A stretch of 64,000 bases of DNA from Kudoa neothunni (lineage: Eukaryota > Animalia > Cnidaria): contig OZ199840.1 in NCBI GenBank assembly GCA_964304625.1, forward strand, positions 7,169,635 to 7,233,634. The letters run 5' to 3'. Below, one piece after another: positions 25,264 to 37,964 of this stretch. A program made the translations under genes and the position numbers. Position 1 is the stretch's first letter. Every line of letters begins with the position of its first letter. A model generated the notes under the pieces. It saw only the letters and a list, made by a program, of their open reading frames with translations. It did no database searches and was not told where the DNA came from.

Positions 25264-27225
25264 TTACTTAAATAAAGATGGAAAAATGATATTACATAAA
25301 TGTAAAATTTCATCCAACTTAATATTATTTTTATTCCTTGCGATATCTTCCAATCCTTTTATCAACAGAATAAATTTTTCATAAAATTCTCCACATTGAT
25401 TTGCAGAAATTATCGCAAGTTTGTTGGCATGGTAAAGTGCATTTTTAAAGCGTGCATCATATGTCTTTAATCTAGTCCGTGATTTATTGTGAGCGGTTAT
25501 GAAGTTTTGAGTTTTCTCTGTAGAGGCATTTATGTTAATAGATTCCTGAATATATTCAAGAGCATATTTTCTTGTCCATCTCTCTCCACATAGTGGGGGC
25601 TCAAATGTATTTTCCAGGTATAATGCTCTGGCAGACAAAATGTGTCTACAGGGTAAATCATATGATTTCCTGAAGTTGCAGGAGCACGTACTAACTCCCC
25701 CTATAGGATCATTAACATATTTCATCGACATAATTTCTTCATTAACAAGTTTAAACGCGAAAGGTGTCAATAATTCAAAGTATAATTTTTGAATTGGATT
25801 CGGATCATTTATTGGATTACTTTTCAACAATGATGATACAATTTTATTGTATCGTTCAATACGCATTGAATAGACGGTTGAAAAGAATCTATTAAAAAAG
25901 TCACTCAATGTTGAAAATCTTTCTACAGTAGTGCTTTTTAATTTTGAATTAATAGCTTCCAATCTATTATTGGTCGTATTTCCATAAATTTTTTGCGCGC
26001 TACTTAGAGGAAAGATCCATTCGTTATAAATTGGCAGCCAACGAGTTTCAAAATATGCCGTCAGTTTGACATTATTTAAATCGACCGACTTAGAGCATAG
26101 TTTATCGAATTCAACCTTATCATTGACTCTAATCATCTTGTTAAACAAATGGAGTATTTTATTTCGAGTTTCTGATAATATATTATATTTTGATGTTGAA
26201 AATTCCCTACGAAATATTTGCAAAACATGAAACATGCAGATAAAAAGTTGGGCATTTGGAAAAATTGTTTTTACACTATTCCTAAGTTTTGTATCTTTGT
26301 CTGTTGTAATTGTACACAATTTTTCCTTGAGTACAGGACAACTTTCCAAAAGTTGGTTCATGTACCATTTGACTGATTCCTCGTCATCATGAAAAATTAT
26401 ACACGCCGAAGTTACATGTGTTTCCCCAATAGAATCAACGCCAACAGTTAAATACAATAGTGCTCTAAAAAATCATATGTGGAACTCATTTAAATATTAG
26501 CTAAATATTTATTAAAAATTACTGTGAATTGAGAAGCTTGTATGTCGCGTCTACCATAAGTATTTCGGGGTAGAACGTTGGAGTTCTTTTCATTAGTTTA
26601 TCGATGAAAAACAATCCAGTAACAACATTATCAGAGTTTTTTTGAATTTTAGCATCACAATCATAATTCTGAGTTAGAAGATTTGTGGCCTTCAATACAT
26701 CAATATTAGCTAATCTTTTTGTGTTGAAGTTACGCAGTGATTTTAATGTCACAACTTTACCGGTCTCTTGGCATAATTTTGTTTGTATAGGTTTTTTATT
26801 AGCCCCAAGTGCAATTAATTCAGATATATTGTTATCTGACAAATCAATTTTTCTTTGGTCGGGCAAAAATTTATACAATGAATCGTTACACGGATGGTTG
26901 TGTTCTATATTTAATGTTTTAATTTCCAGAAATTGGTCATCATCGCTCGCCTAGAGTACGATGTTAAATGGACAATCTTTCTTATACGTCGTTGACTTGC
27001 TCTCTTCACCCCCCTTTTGTTATGAAGGTTTCTAAAAAAGCATACGAAATTCATTTCGTAGTAAACCAAAGCATCATTAAATACCTTTCGGATTTTATTT
27101 TTTACATTTTTTAATGTCCTAGATTCTCTTATTTTCAGATTTCAAAATGCAGAACGTTCACAACAGCTGATATGAGTTTTTAATTACTCATACGATTGTA
27201 ACTTCATTCCTAGATAAAATTCCAT
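25264..27225 (-). pseudogene. MULE transposase with SWIM zinc finger (ZSWIM1/3-like), intron-containing, N-terminus disrupted
   Basis: CPF...HNHP N-terminal DNA-binding motif, EILMVDATYKL, TITTDKD, CMFH, TNNRLEAIN and SWIM CSC...LPCRHI. Short intron at about 26466-26522. A further fragment (GRPIGAALTVVGLP) lies at 24808-25011. Confidence 0.88.
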
Positions 27226-28287
27226 GACACCAACAACAATTAGAAAAACGAACCATGGAAAATTTCGCGCATTATTATTTGAGTTATTGTTGGCCACACA
27301 TTACTATATAAGTTAATTTTTGTTTGAAAACATGTTCAAAAATTTAGGGGGATAATTAAAATTCTCCTAAAGTATATATCGTTAATTCAATCAAAATACT
27401 TTAATCTTTATCAAAAAATTGTTACATGCTCGCCATTTATATTTATCTTAAAAGGATCTTGATTTTATTATAATAATCAAATTTTTGTTTTTATGCAGAG
27501 AATCATTACCTATTACCCTCAAATTATTGCGACGTAACATCGAATCAAGGAAATGACACATTACTCCTTAAAAACTACCATATCTTTAATAAATAATCTA
27601 TTTTTAAAGTCCTATATACAGTATAAATAAATCTAACTCGAAATCATAGATTTGTCTTTATTTCATAGATTGAGACATAGCTTTAAATACAATGAGTTAT
27701 ACATTAATACACATTATTCATATTATAAATTTTGAGAAAAAAATATTTAATTAATGTGTTAATAATTCTCCATAATAGCATGTATCGAATCAGAGGGATG
27801 TTAACCGACGAAAGAACCAGTACTACTAGTTAACTAAGTCTTACGTAATGGCGCGGACTCCTGAGCGTGGTAATTCATACTATAGAAAGCATACGATTTA
27901 CATAAAATTTTTGCAATTATGAAAGTTTATTGTCTTAGGAAGCTTTTTTTAGTATTCCTACGATCTATCAAATTAAAATGTCATTATGAAGTTACTTAAT
28001 TTTCAATAACAACCTTGAAAATTCCACCATATTATATTTCCCGAAAATTTTGAAATTATTTGGCGAAAAAATCATTTGTTATAAAAACAAAATTGAAATT
28101 TTTATAGACATGTTAGTTTTCGAGTTATTTCCTCCCGTTGCAATAGCCAATGCCTATAGAATATGCCCATTTACATCATTCTAACGTAAAATTATAAGAT
28201 AATTAAAATTGTGAATTTCATTATCTTCCGAGATATAGCGTATCTCGGAATCCCTGTGAGAAAATCTTTTCTAAGCTTACCTGTTCC

Positions 28288-29608
28288 TGTTTATGAGCCA
28301 TATCCTTAAATCTATGTGAAAATTACTCTAATAATTTCGTACGATTTATAATATATAAAAATACAATTTTATTCTGAAAAATTATAATTAAGATCAAGAA
28401 ATCACAAAAATAAATACGTGTCGAAAAGAGAACAATGAACGGTCGGTGTGCACATTTCCAATTGTGGCTAAAAATTTCGTTTTCGAAATTATCAAAAATA
28501 CCGCGCCTAAATAAATAAGACTGAACTTTGATATAAACCCCCTAATCTCAAATTAACATAGAATTAGCGTAATCGAAAAAAAATATGGAAAACAACGAAT
28601 ACGCATCTAATTTATAGTAAACTAAAATTTTGTTAACAATGACATAAAGCCATCCCATAAATCGTTATTGTTTTTCCTTCTCCATTGAATTTCACCGAGA
28701 GATTCGTTGATACCATCCATACTGACAGAACCATCTTCATTAACCGAAGATGTCCTGTTTCTTGGTGATATTTTACATTTGATAGCACCCCAAGAGCCTT
28801 CAATAATGTTTGTATGAGCTCCTATAGTACTATTCACATATTCGATACTGTGATTTGCAATGAGGTGAGTGTAGAAATTATGTAGTGTTTCATAACTTGT
28901 GAAGCAATCAGTTATGATAATAGAACCAGGATGGACGTACGTTTTGATTTTTTGGATAAGAGCCTCAGCGATTCTGTCAGGAACCTCCACCAAAAACATA
29001 TTTCGATCTGATGCCCTTTCTACACCTCCAAGAACCCATGCTCCACTAACGCCATGCCCTCTGTTTTGCTTCACCTTTCCAAATTTAGACTCATCAATCT
29101 CTACAATTATATTTTCTCCTTCAATAACTATATCCTCAAAGTCCAGACTATCTGCCACCAGCTGGCGAAGATAGTGACAATAATTGGTAATTGTTTGAGA
29201 AAAGTGCCCGGTAATTGTGCCCAGGTTAACACTTTTTACACCCACCAACCAGTAGTATGATAACTCCAAAAAATCGTGAAGTTTAATTTTCATATTACGG
29301 AAGAATGACAACTCAAAAATTGATGTTTCTTTTCTGCACATTTTGGTGCAACATCGCCAATTTTTTCGATGTATAGAATGGTTAGTTCCATTACATTTTA
29401 TACAGTTAGTTGGTGCATTGAAGATACCAATATTGATAAGATATTGTATAGATTTATTGTCATTGCAAAGAATATTCCCAAAAGATCTTCTTTGGGAAAT
29501 CATTCGCGCAGTTTAATAATAATCGGTAGATAACCCTAAAATAATATACTTTTTCGGCTTAATCTATCTAATGCGGTAAATTATAAGGGGTGGCTCATCC
29601 ATAAACAT
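28288..29608 (-). mobile_element. Merlin (IS1595/ISXO2-like) DNA transposon; ends approximate
   Basis: Imperfect inverted ends TGTTTATGAGCCATATCCTTA and TAAGGGGTGGCTCATCCATAAACA flank the transposase ORF. TSD not resolved. Confidence 0.6.
28622..29503 (-). CDS. Merlin/IS1595-family DDE transposase, 293 aa, uninterrupted ORF
   Basis: N-terminal CxxC...C..C zinc ribbon, IVEIDESKFGK..NRG...GAWVLGGVER, IITDCFTSY, NHS and HTNIIEGSW. Confidence 0.9.
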   Translation of the reverse strand: MISQRRSFGNILCNDNKSIQYLINIGIFNAPTNCIKCNGTNHSIHRKNWRCCTKMCRKETSIFELSFFRNMKIKLHDFLELSYYWLVGVKSVNLGTITGHFSQTITNYCHYLRQLVADSLDFEDIVIEGENIIVEIDESKFGKVKQNRGHGVSGAWVLGGVERASDRNMFLVEVPDRIAEALIQKIKTYVHPGSIIITDCFTSYETLHNFYTHLIANHSIEYVNSTIGAHTNIIEGSWGAIKCKISPRNRTSSVNEDGSVSMDGINESLGEIQWRRKNNNDLWDGFMSLLTKF

Positions 29609-30369
29609 GTTAATTAATAATCAGTAAAAACGGAAATTTTAACGGGGGTCCAAATCAAACGTGATCCAACGATTTTGATAAAAACACAAAAATCATTTAG
29701 GTACTTTAGATATAACGAAAAATTTGTGTCAGTCAATGCCGGGCGGGGTTCGTAAGTTGCCGACCCCTGACATAGACCCATATTTTTTAAAGTTACAGAC
29801 TTTTCATTATACCAGTTGAAATTGTACAAGCATTCACAAGAAGAGGACATTTTCCAAATTTTAAACAAAATTGAGCCGGTTTCATTTTCATAAACATTTT
29901 ACATCGGTAATGCCCGGTATATGATAAAATACGTTAATCAATTGACAAGTATTGATGAAAAATACATTTCTTAAATTTTTCGTTCAGCTTCTCTATCAAA
30001 AGCCTAACTTTAAAATTTCCATTATCGCAATTTTACTTGATTTATCGAGAAAGTTAAAATAACAATTTGTTTGTATCTTTTGTATGTCAACGCCTTTTTA
30101 ACAATTTCAACACATGATTCCAATTTGAACTCCTAGTAAATTTGGGATTATTCAGGGCTATTGCACCCTAACAATAATAATATGCCATTTAAAGATAGCA
30201 GCAGATCTTCAATGGTTAAATGAAATAAATGGTCATTTTTCTGGTCTGCATAAAGGTTAGCTCAGGCTTCTCCATTGATGTCCTGGAAACAGTTAATGGA
30301 GGACCGTGATTCATATCTAAAGTCAATGATAAAATCTTGCGACCGATCATGCTTCGTTCATGATGTATT

Positions 30370-30951
30370 CAGGGCTGCCAGCGAGGTTTAAAAAAACAAA
30401 GTTTAAGTAAAAAAATCAGAGATCGAGAAAAACGCTAGTTAAAATACGATAAAAATAAAATCATATCTATTAAAGTTTTTGATCTTCTTCCAATTCTATA
30501 ATTACGTCTTCAGATATTAAATTTAAATTTATCGTCATATTATTGCAATTTTTGGTCGCGAACACTCACTCATATTTAATGTCTAGTATAGACCAATATG
30601 ATCACAATTAATTGCTTCATAGTTCAAATTATATTTTAAAATAAAGTTTTAATTTTTTAATAATGTGCAACAATGTTTACCGAATACTTATGACATCGTG
30701 TCACGTTAAACAATCTACAGTGCTTTCCTTCAATATCGTAAAGTTTAAAGCTTGCATGACATAATCTGAAAGGATACGTTATTAAAAACATAAATATTAA
30801 TGTCACAACAGAAAATTTATGTTAATACTCAATGTTTACAGGTTTGCAATAAAACCCCAAGATTTTGTAAAAAATGAAAAACCCCCCAAGAACCTAGGGT
30901 GGCCATAAAAATCTCAACATCTTGGGGAAACCCCAAATCCTGGCAGTCCTG
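30370..30951. mobile_element. hAT-type MITE, 582 bp
   Basis: TIRs CAGGGCTGCCAG and CTGGCAGTCCTG. Perfect 8-bp TSD GATGTATT (30362-69 and 30952-59). AACCCC subterminal repeats. Confidence 0.9.
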
Positions 30952-33608
30952 GATGTATTGATTCTAGGTAATCGGAATCCATCTCGAAAGTTTATCATGT
31001 ACGATTCGTATATAATCGAAACTGAAATAAATCTGGAAAAAATAGTCATTTTATGAATTGTACTAAAGATTAATCTAATGATCCGATTTATTATTTTTTA
31101 TTTATTGGCATACAAACAAAAAATATGATTTATTTTTAATTTAAAAATGTACGATTAAACTGTTATGAATGGCGAAAATATAAAAAATCATGAAATATCC
31201 ACTTTTTGTAAAAAGGTAAACAACTTATGAAATGTTTTAAAAGGGGTCGAAATCTTAAAAATAGTATCATAAATTTTTTGAGTAAACTATAAGACATGTA
31301 AGAAGAAAAATGTAATTGTCGTCAAAATTAAGTTCTTTAGATTTTTTATTCAATCATTTTAAATTTTTATATCTCAAATTAAAATTGATTTGTATTAAAA
31401 AATCATGTAACTAAAACTTTACATTCCACATTTATCAAAATATTTATTTTTCCAATTTAATTTTTAAATTTATAATTAAAATAGAAATACTGAAAAATTC
31501 AACATTCTCGCAAGCGCCAACGATTCACAGTTACCATTTTACACCAAAAATATTAAATATTTAGTCCATCTATAAGTTGTGATTCATGCATATCTTTAAT
31601 AGATAAAAAACCTCATTCTGACTTAATAATTACCCCAAAAATACAAGGAAAAGACATAACATTATATTTATTATCAGTTATGTTTATTTTATTGGTTTAA
31701 GTTTAGTTCCATTATCATTATACTTTATTCTTAAATTATTTCTAATTTTTATTACCTTAAAAATAGTAGGCAGTGGTTTTTTAATGGAAAGCAAAGGTAT
31801 TAGAGTTAGATCAATAAAGCACCGCGAAATTTATAAAAAATCGATGTTTTTACAACGAATAATACAAATAAAATATTTTATGCGTCTTTAATTTATTATA
31901 AACCTGTTTAAATAAATTTGGGATAATTAAAGAGTAATTATGTGATTTATCTGGTATCGGGAATATATTTATGTAAGGTTTTCTTGGTTTGGCAGAACTT
32001 TAAAGACTGCTGTATTCATTCGGTTGCCTTAATCGATTCCAATTTTTCATGTAAACAATATCAAATTCAGCTTCTGGAAACTTTACATGCCGCGTCACAT
32101 AACACATTCTCGTTATCACGTATACACACTTTTTATTGTACTCCAGTTTCCCCTTCACATGTCGCATTGTTAGGAATTCGATTTCTTACCCAAGTTCTAA
32201 GAATTGAGTACGTGAACCATTTTTATGTTAAACATTGTTCTATCTTTTAAATTTCAAGAAAAACCTGTGAAGTGCCAGGTTATTGCGTTGGGGCGATGTT
32301 GAAAGTGCTGCGAAGTTAGTAAATAATATTGAAATGTTATATGGTTTTAGTCAGGTTATTATGTATAGTTCAGTTTAACGACACACTTTTTACGATTGAT
32401 AGTATGAAAAATAAACCATTAGTGTTAGTCAAACATCCCAAATATTTGTGATATATTCGTCGTTTGTTCCATCGTTTATTTTCTATGTTAAATTTCCAGA
32501 AGAACCACCCCTCAGAAATCTAGGTGACTTAATAAAGCTGGATAATATTTCCATGATCAACAAAGGATCATTGATAACAATTTTTAATCAAATATAACCC
32601 AACGTACTTCCTATAAAGATTAAGAGCGCTTCCTTTATGAGGAGATAGACTATGCTTATTGCTATTACAAAAACTTTACACGTGAAAATTGAATATAGAA
32701 GGGATGAAATAATAACATGGTAGAGAGATGATCTACGATTCAGTTGATTCGTTTTATCAGTCAAGGCATTCGGTCACCCTCGTCTCTAGCTTTGAGCTCT
32801 TACATTGGCCATTATTGCATCGAGGAACATAGCTTATTTTGTTGGGAGGTCAAACCACATCTTATGGGGAATTTTCTTAGAATATAGAAAGAAAGATGCA
32901 TCGGACTTCAAGTTAGTTCATTCTGTTTCAGTGCATATTCAAGATGTACATCCCATTATAATGTAAACAACTGTTTTGCAATAAAAGTGTATTCTCTAAA
33001 GAATAACTTGATTTTTTTTCTTATACGATTATGGGTGGGTTGGATTGTTCGTGATGTGAACAATATTTACGAAATAATAAGATCACGTAATTATATTTAT
33101 CGCATTTATTATCTCTAATTGTAAAATTTTTTGTTTTCGACCTAAAATAACCTGTTGCGCTAATCATTCAAATAATCAAACCACCTTAAGCCAACGCCGC
33201 TGGCTGCTTTCATCTTACTTTTACAATTATATCCAAAACGGTATATTTCGGATAATTCGGAGAAATTAACCAACTTTTAATATTATATAAAAAATATCAT
33301 TTCTACCTGTTTGGCCTTATAGACCGAGTTCCGGTATTATATGTAATACATTATAAATTCACAAAAGCAACCCACTTATATCAAAGCTTAAGCTTAATCT
33401 ACTAATAGAAATATTTTGTACTTTGTGAACAAATCTAATAGAAGACGGCGAAATAATTATCTCAAAAACCAAATAACGAAAATCTTATACCTAACTATTA
33501 ATTTTGATCGGTAAAGATAATATAATCTACTTAGCTTACCTAGATTATTTTTATCTGAAGGATTAAAAGATCGACTGTTGGGCTGGTTATTCGGATTTGC
33601 GACAACTG

Positions 33609-36182
33609 ATGGGAGACCTTGACCCTAAAATTGTGGACGAACTTAGAGAGATATTCAACCAGGTAATTATTTTGGATTCATTTTATCTAGAACTAAGTTT
33701 TACCAATTATTATATCACAAAAAAATCTTAAACAATCTGAGGGAAGAATCCATTATTTTTATTAGAGCTAGGTCATGGAAATTAACAACGATTATATCGA
33801 AACTATGCTTTACTAATATTAATTATTTTGTATACCACACGGCATGAATTACTGTAGGAACAGCTGCTGTTATTGGCGTTGATTGCAGCTAAATTAACTA
33901 ACTAAACCCGAAAGTGTAACCTGCTGTAATTGAAAACTAATAATAGTTTTTGAAATGATTAGATATTCCATATATCCATTTATAAAAATATACCATAGGT
34001 TCCCACCATAAAGGATTAACATTGACAACACGACATTTTTGGTTTTACATATTTATTTCTGTTATAGTTTTCCCAAGGCAATGTCTTAGGTGTGGAACAA
34101 CTTGGTGAAGTTTTTAAAGAGTGCGGAGCACCACAACCAAATTTTAAATTGAGGGAGATTATTGAAGAGTTTGATAGAAACAAAGATGGGAAGTTGGATT
34201 TCAATGAACTCTGTGGTGTAATATTATTGAGTTATTATCTTTCTTTGTAAAAATTTCTTCTGGTTTATAGGTGTTTGTCGCTGCAGATACCAACAAAGCT
34301 TGGGGAGCAAAACTCAAGGAAAATATCAAAGCAAGAGCTGGTATTGCTGTATTTGAGACCCACGAGAAATCTGCTGAGGGCACCAAACACTCAGTTTTGG
34401 AGGGCGATATTAAAGCTTTTTCACATTACATCACTCTTATGCTGAAGGGTGATGGAAGTGTAGCATCCTATATGCCAATCACCGGAGAAAATAGTGACCT
34501 ATTTGATAAAGTTTCCGATGGTGTTATATTCTGCAAGTTGATCAATCTTGTCTCAAAAAACACTATTGACGAGAGAACAATCAACATGAAGAATCTCAAC
34601 AAATTCACCAAAACTGAAAATCTCAATCTGGCTCTCAACTCTTTCAAAGCTATCGGTATTCATATTGTCAATGTTGGTTCAAACGATATTATGGAAAAGA
34701 CTCCTCATTTGGTGCTCGGTGTTGTGTGGCAAATAATTAGAGTAAGTTTTTTTACAATGCTAATCTGAATAGTTGCTACATAACGATTAAAAAACTTGTG
34801 GATAAATGTTAATATGACCATTTTGTTTAGTTGGTGCTTTTGAAGAAAATCAGTCTTCAATACACCCCTGGCTTGGCGTGTCTATTGCGTCCTGGTGAAG
34901 ATATTAAGACTCTCATGTCTCTTTCTCCTGAAGAACTTTTGATGCGTTGGGTTAACTATCACCTTGAAAAAGCTGGCAGTTCTCGTACTATCAGCAACTT
35001 TGGAAGTGATCTCAAGGTGGCATATATCAGCTGGATGTCATTTTAACAAATCACAACTATAGGACAGTGAAGTGCACGCTATTTTGTGTGATAGAGTGTT
35101 GAACTTTGCTCCCATTGCCCATCACAGTGAAATCATGAAAGTATTTCATAGTGACAAATTTACATTTTGATATTACAATTATTAGGATTCAGATCTTACC
35201 AAAAGAGCAAATATCATCATTAACAACCACTCAAAAGCTGGTATCAGTTCTCTATTAACTGCACACGTATAATTTTTTATTTCCGGGTTAAATTGTTAGA
35301 ATTGCTTAGGATATCGTGAACTGCAACCAAAAATTGAATTTGGCTTTCATTGCAAATCTCTTTAACCTCTATCCCAACCTTGAGGAACCTGAAGAGCCCA
35401 TAGAAATTATCGAAGAGACTCGCGAAGAAAAAATGTATCGCAACTGGATGAACAGTTTGGGTGTCCAACCCTACGTCAACCATCTCTATGTTGATTTGTC
35501 CGACGGTATCGTCCTCTTGCAGCTTATTGACATCATTCGTCCCGGAATTGTTGTCAAAAAGAGGGTTAACAATCATCCCATGAAACCTAATCAAGCTAGC
35601 CTGTTGAAACTTGAAAACTGCAACTATGCCGTTGAACTAGCTAAATCATTAGGGGTGTCGCTAGTGAGCACATCTGGTGACGATATTACCACAATGAATC
35701 CTAAACTTGTCTTGGGTATATATATACATTTGTGAGAAAATGGACTTACTTTCTTATCCTCGTGAAACCATCTAATAATAAATTTAGGATTATTATTCCA
35801 ACTGATGAGACTTTACACCATTGGAATTCTTGAGCGTCTTGATGGAACAGGAAAACGTATCGATGATACGTCCATTGTTGAGTGGGCCAACTCCAAATGC
35901 GACACCAAAATATCCAGTTTCAAGGATAACGCCATCACTACATCCAGACCTATTTGTGATCTTATTGAGGTTCTGCAACCTAACACAATTAATTACGATT
36001 TCCTTAACAAAGCTTCCAACTTTGAAGAAAAACTTGCCAATGCCATCTACGCTATATCTTGTGCCAGAAAAATCGGCGCTGTCGTCTACGCTCTTCCTGA
36101 TGATGTTGCTGAGGGCAAATTTAAGATGATTATGACCATTTATGCTTGCTTAATGGCAAGAGATCTTGAGGAATCTAAATAG
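33609..36182 (+). CDS. PLS: Plastin/fimbrin (EF-hand headpiece + 4 calponin-homology domains), 8 exons
   Basis: Approximate exons 33609-33662, 34068-34217, 34271-34742, 34831-35017, 35063-35140, 35186-35267, 35310-35716 and 35788-36182. Motifs DRNKDGKLDFNE, DGVIFCKLIN..TIDERTIN, PEELLMRWVNYHL, ETREEKMYRNWMNSLGV, KLENCNYAVEL and AISCARKIGA. Confidence 0.96.
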
Positions 36183-36341
36183 ATAAATCATATCTTACTA
36201 TAAAATATTCCGCCAGTTATACGCGGTTCGAAATTGATTATTACTACTATTTTACTTTAGTTTTATGTTTGTTGTTTATGTTATTTCTCTTAACTGTTCC
36301 AGATTTATGCCCAAGTTATAGAAATATCAAATGTTTGTTAA

Positions 36342-37672
36342 CCCTCTGATGATCATAAAAGCTATGTACGTGTAAAGTACTTTGGGGTAAAAAATACCCC
36401 AACTATTTTTTCCGTTTAAATACGAAACATATTACAGAGTTATCAAAATTAGAATCTAACAAATTTCCAGCCGACATATTTGATTTAAACCCCACTATAA
36501 AGTGATATTTATGTGGGACGCACGCGCACCACTGTGTTTTTTTCAATGAGCGGCATGGGCGATTTGTACGATGAATTCTGTTATTCGGAAAGTGAGTGTG
36601 AAGATCACATTTCCGAAGACGAAGAATTTTCGAACAAAATGGAAATAATCGGCATTGGTATTGATATTCTTTCAAATAAAGATGGTATTCAGTGAAGTGC
36701 TTCAAAGCCTCGTCCAACGAAGAGAGATTTAAAGAATAAAATGTATCCACCTCCTGGACTCACCGCCTATGCTCAAACAAAAATAAAAACATGTTGGACC
36801 GTTTTTTATTATTTTTGAATGATGAAATCAATAACGAAATCATTTTGGTTACAAATATGTTTGGAAAACATCATTTCGGCGACCAATGGTACGATCTTGA
36901 TTTGGTAGAATTTAGGGGATATTTATGATTGTTAATCCTCATGGCCTCCCATAAGGATAGAGAGCAGCCTATAAGTGAGTTATTCAGCCAGAAGGAAGGA
37001 AGAGAAGTCTATCTGCAATTAGTTTCACTTCGCCGCTTCAAATATATTTCCCGAGCACTGCATTTTGATAACTTTAATACACGAGAAGAACGTAAAAAGT
37101 TGGACAAATTCTGTGTCATTCGTGATATATTGGAGAAGTGGATTGTGACGTGTTACCTAAATGTTTTTCTCCGAATGAAGATGTAATTGTTAATGAACAA
37201 TTGGTTCCGTTCTGTGGAAGATGTCCTTTCTGCCATTATATGCCCCTGAAGCCGGCAAAATATGGTATAAAATTTTTTTTACTGATTGACCCAATGGCCA
37301 ATTACATTTGTAATGCCCAGCGTTTACTTGGGAAAGAATAATTCTGAGTTGAACAGACAAACTAACGTAGATGAAAACATCATACTCAACCTTACAACTA
37401 ATTTGTTTGGTTCTGGCCGAAATGTTGTCACGGAGAATTTCTTCTCGAGAGACATCGATGAGAAGAAATTGTTGGAAAGAAAGTTGACTATTTGGGAAAA
37501 ATGAGAAAAAACAAAAAAGAAATACCATCTTGTCTTCAACCTTTAGAAAAAAGGCGCCTTTGTTCCAACATTTTTTTTCACAATAAATATACTATTATCA
37601 TATGTGACAAAAAAAGGCAAATGTGTGATTCTTCAAACTTCCGTCACGCATGATAACTCTATTCCTGGAGAA
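36342..37672 (+). mobile_element. 3'-truncated piggyBac (PGBD4-like transposase remnant)
   Basis: TTAA|CCCTCTGATGAT, the same terminal family as 15560, plus the GGGGTAAAAAATACCCC palindrome. Fragments LHFDNFNTR, VNEQLVPFCGRCPF..YMPLKPAKYGIK and GSGRNVVTENFF. No right end found. Confidence 0.87.
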
Positions 37673-37964
37673 GGTTTAATTTAATTTGGTTTCGGTTCGT
37701 ATTTCGGTTTTTTGTTATTTTTTAAAATTATTTAGAAGAAATATTTAATGATTTATAAAAAAATGATAAATTATTCATTTTTAGTCATACTTTGAAAAAA
37801 TAGGTTTAAAGTTATCTTACAGTTTAATTAATGTTGTATTCTCTTTTTTAAAAATTTATTTCTTAAAATATGATAGATCCTTCCTTTTAAACGTGGTTAT
37901 AGTCTGTTTATGTCAGAATTCTACATAACGCAGCATAACAAATATCATTAGAATCCAACAAAAA

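Larger units (their letters stand above)
22742..28154 (-). mobile_element. Mutator-like element (MULE), 5.4 kb, with about 100-bp TIRs and 9-bp TSD
   Basis: 22742-22838 is the reverse complement of 28060-28154 with a few mismatches. Flanks are TATGGAATA (22733-41) and TATAGAATA (28155-63). Contains a MULE transposase. Confidence 0.92.

Noticed and set aside
31900-32650. Possible gene (102-aa ORF) or decayed transposase on the minus strand
   Set aside because: Only faint transposase-like words with many stops. No ends or family could be supported.
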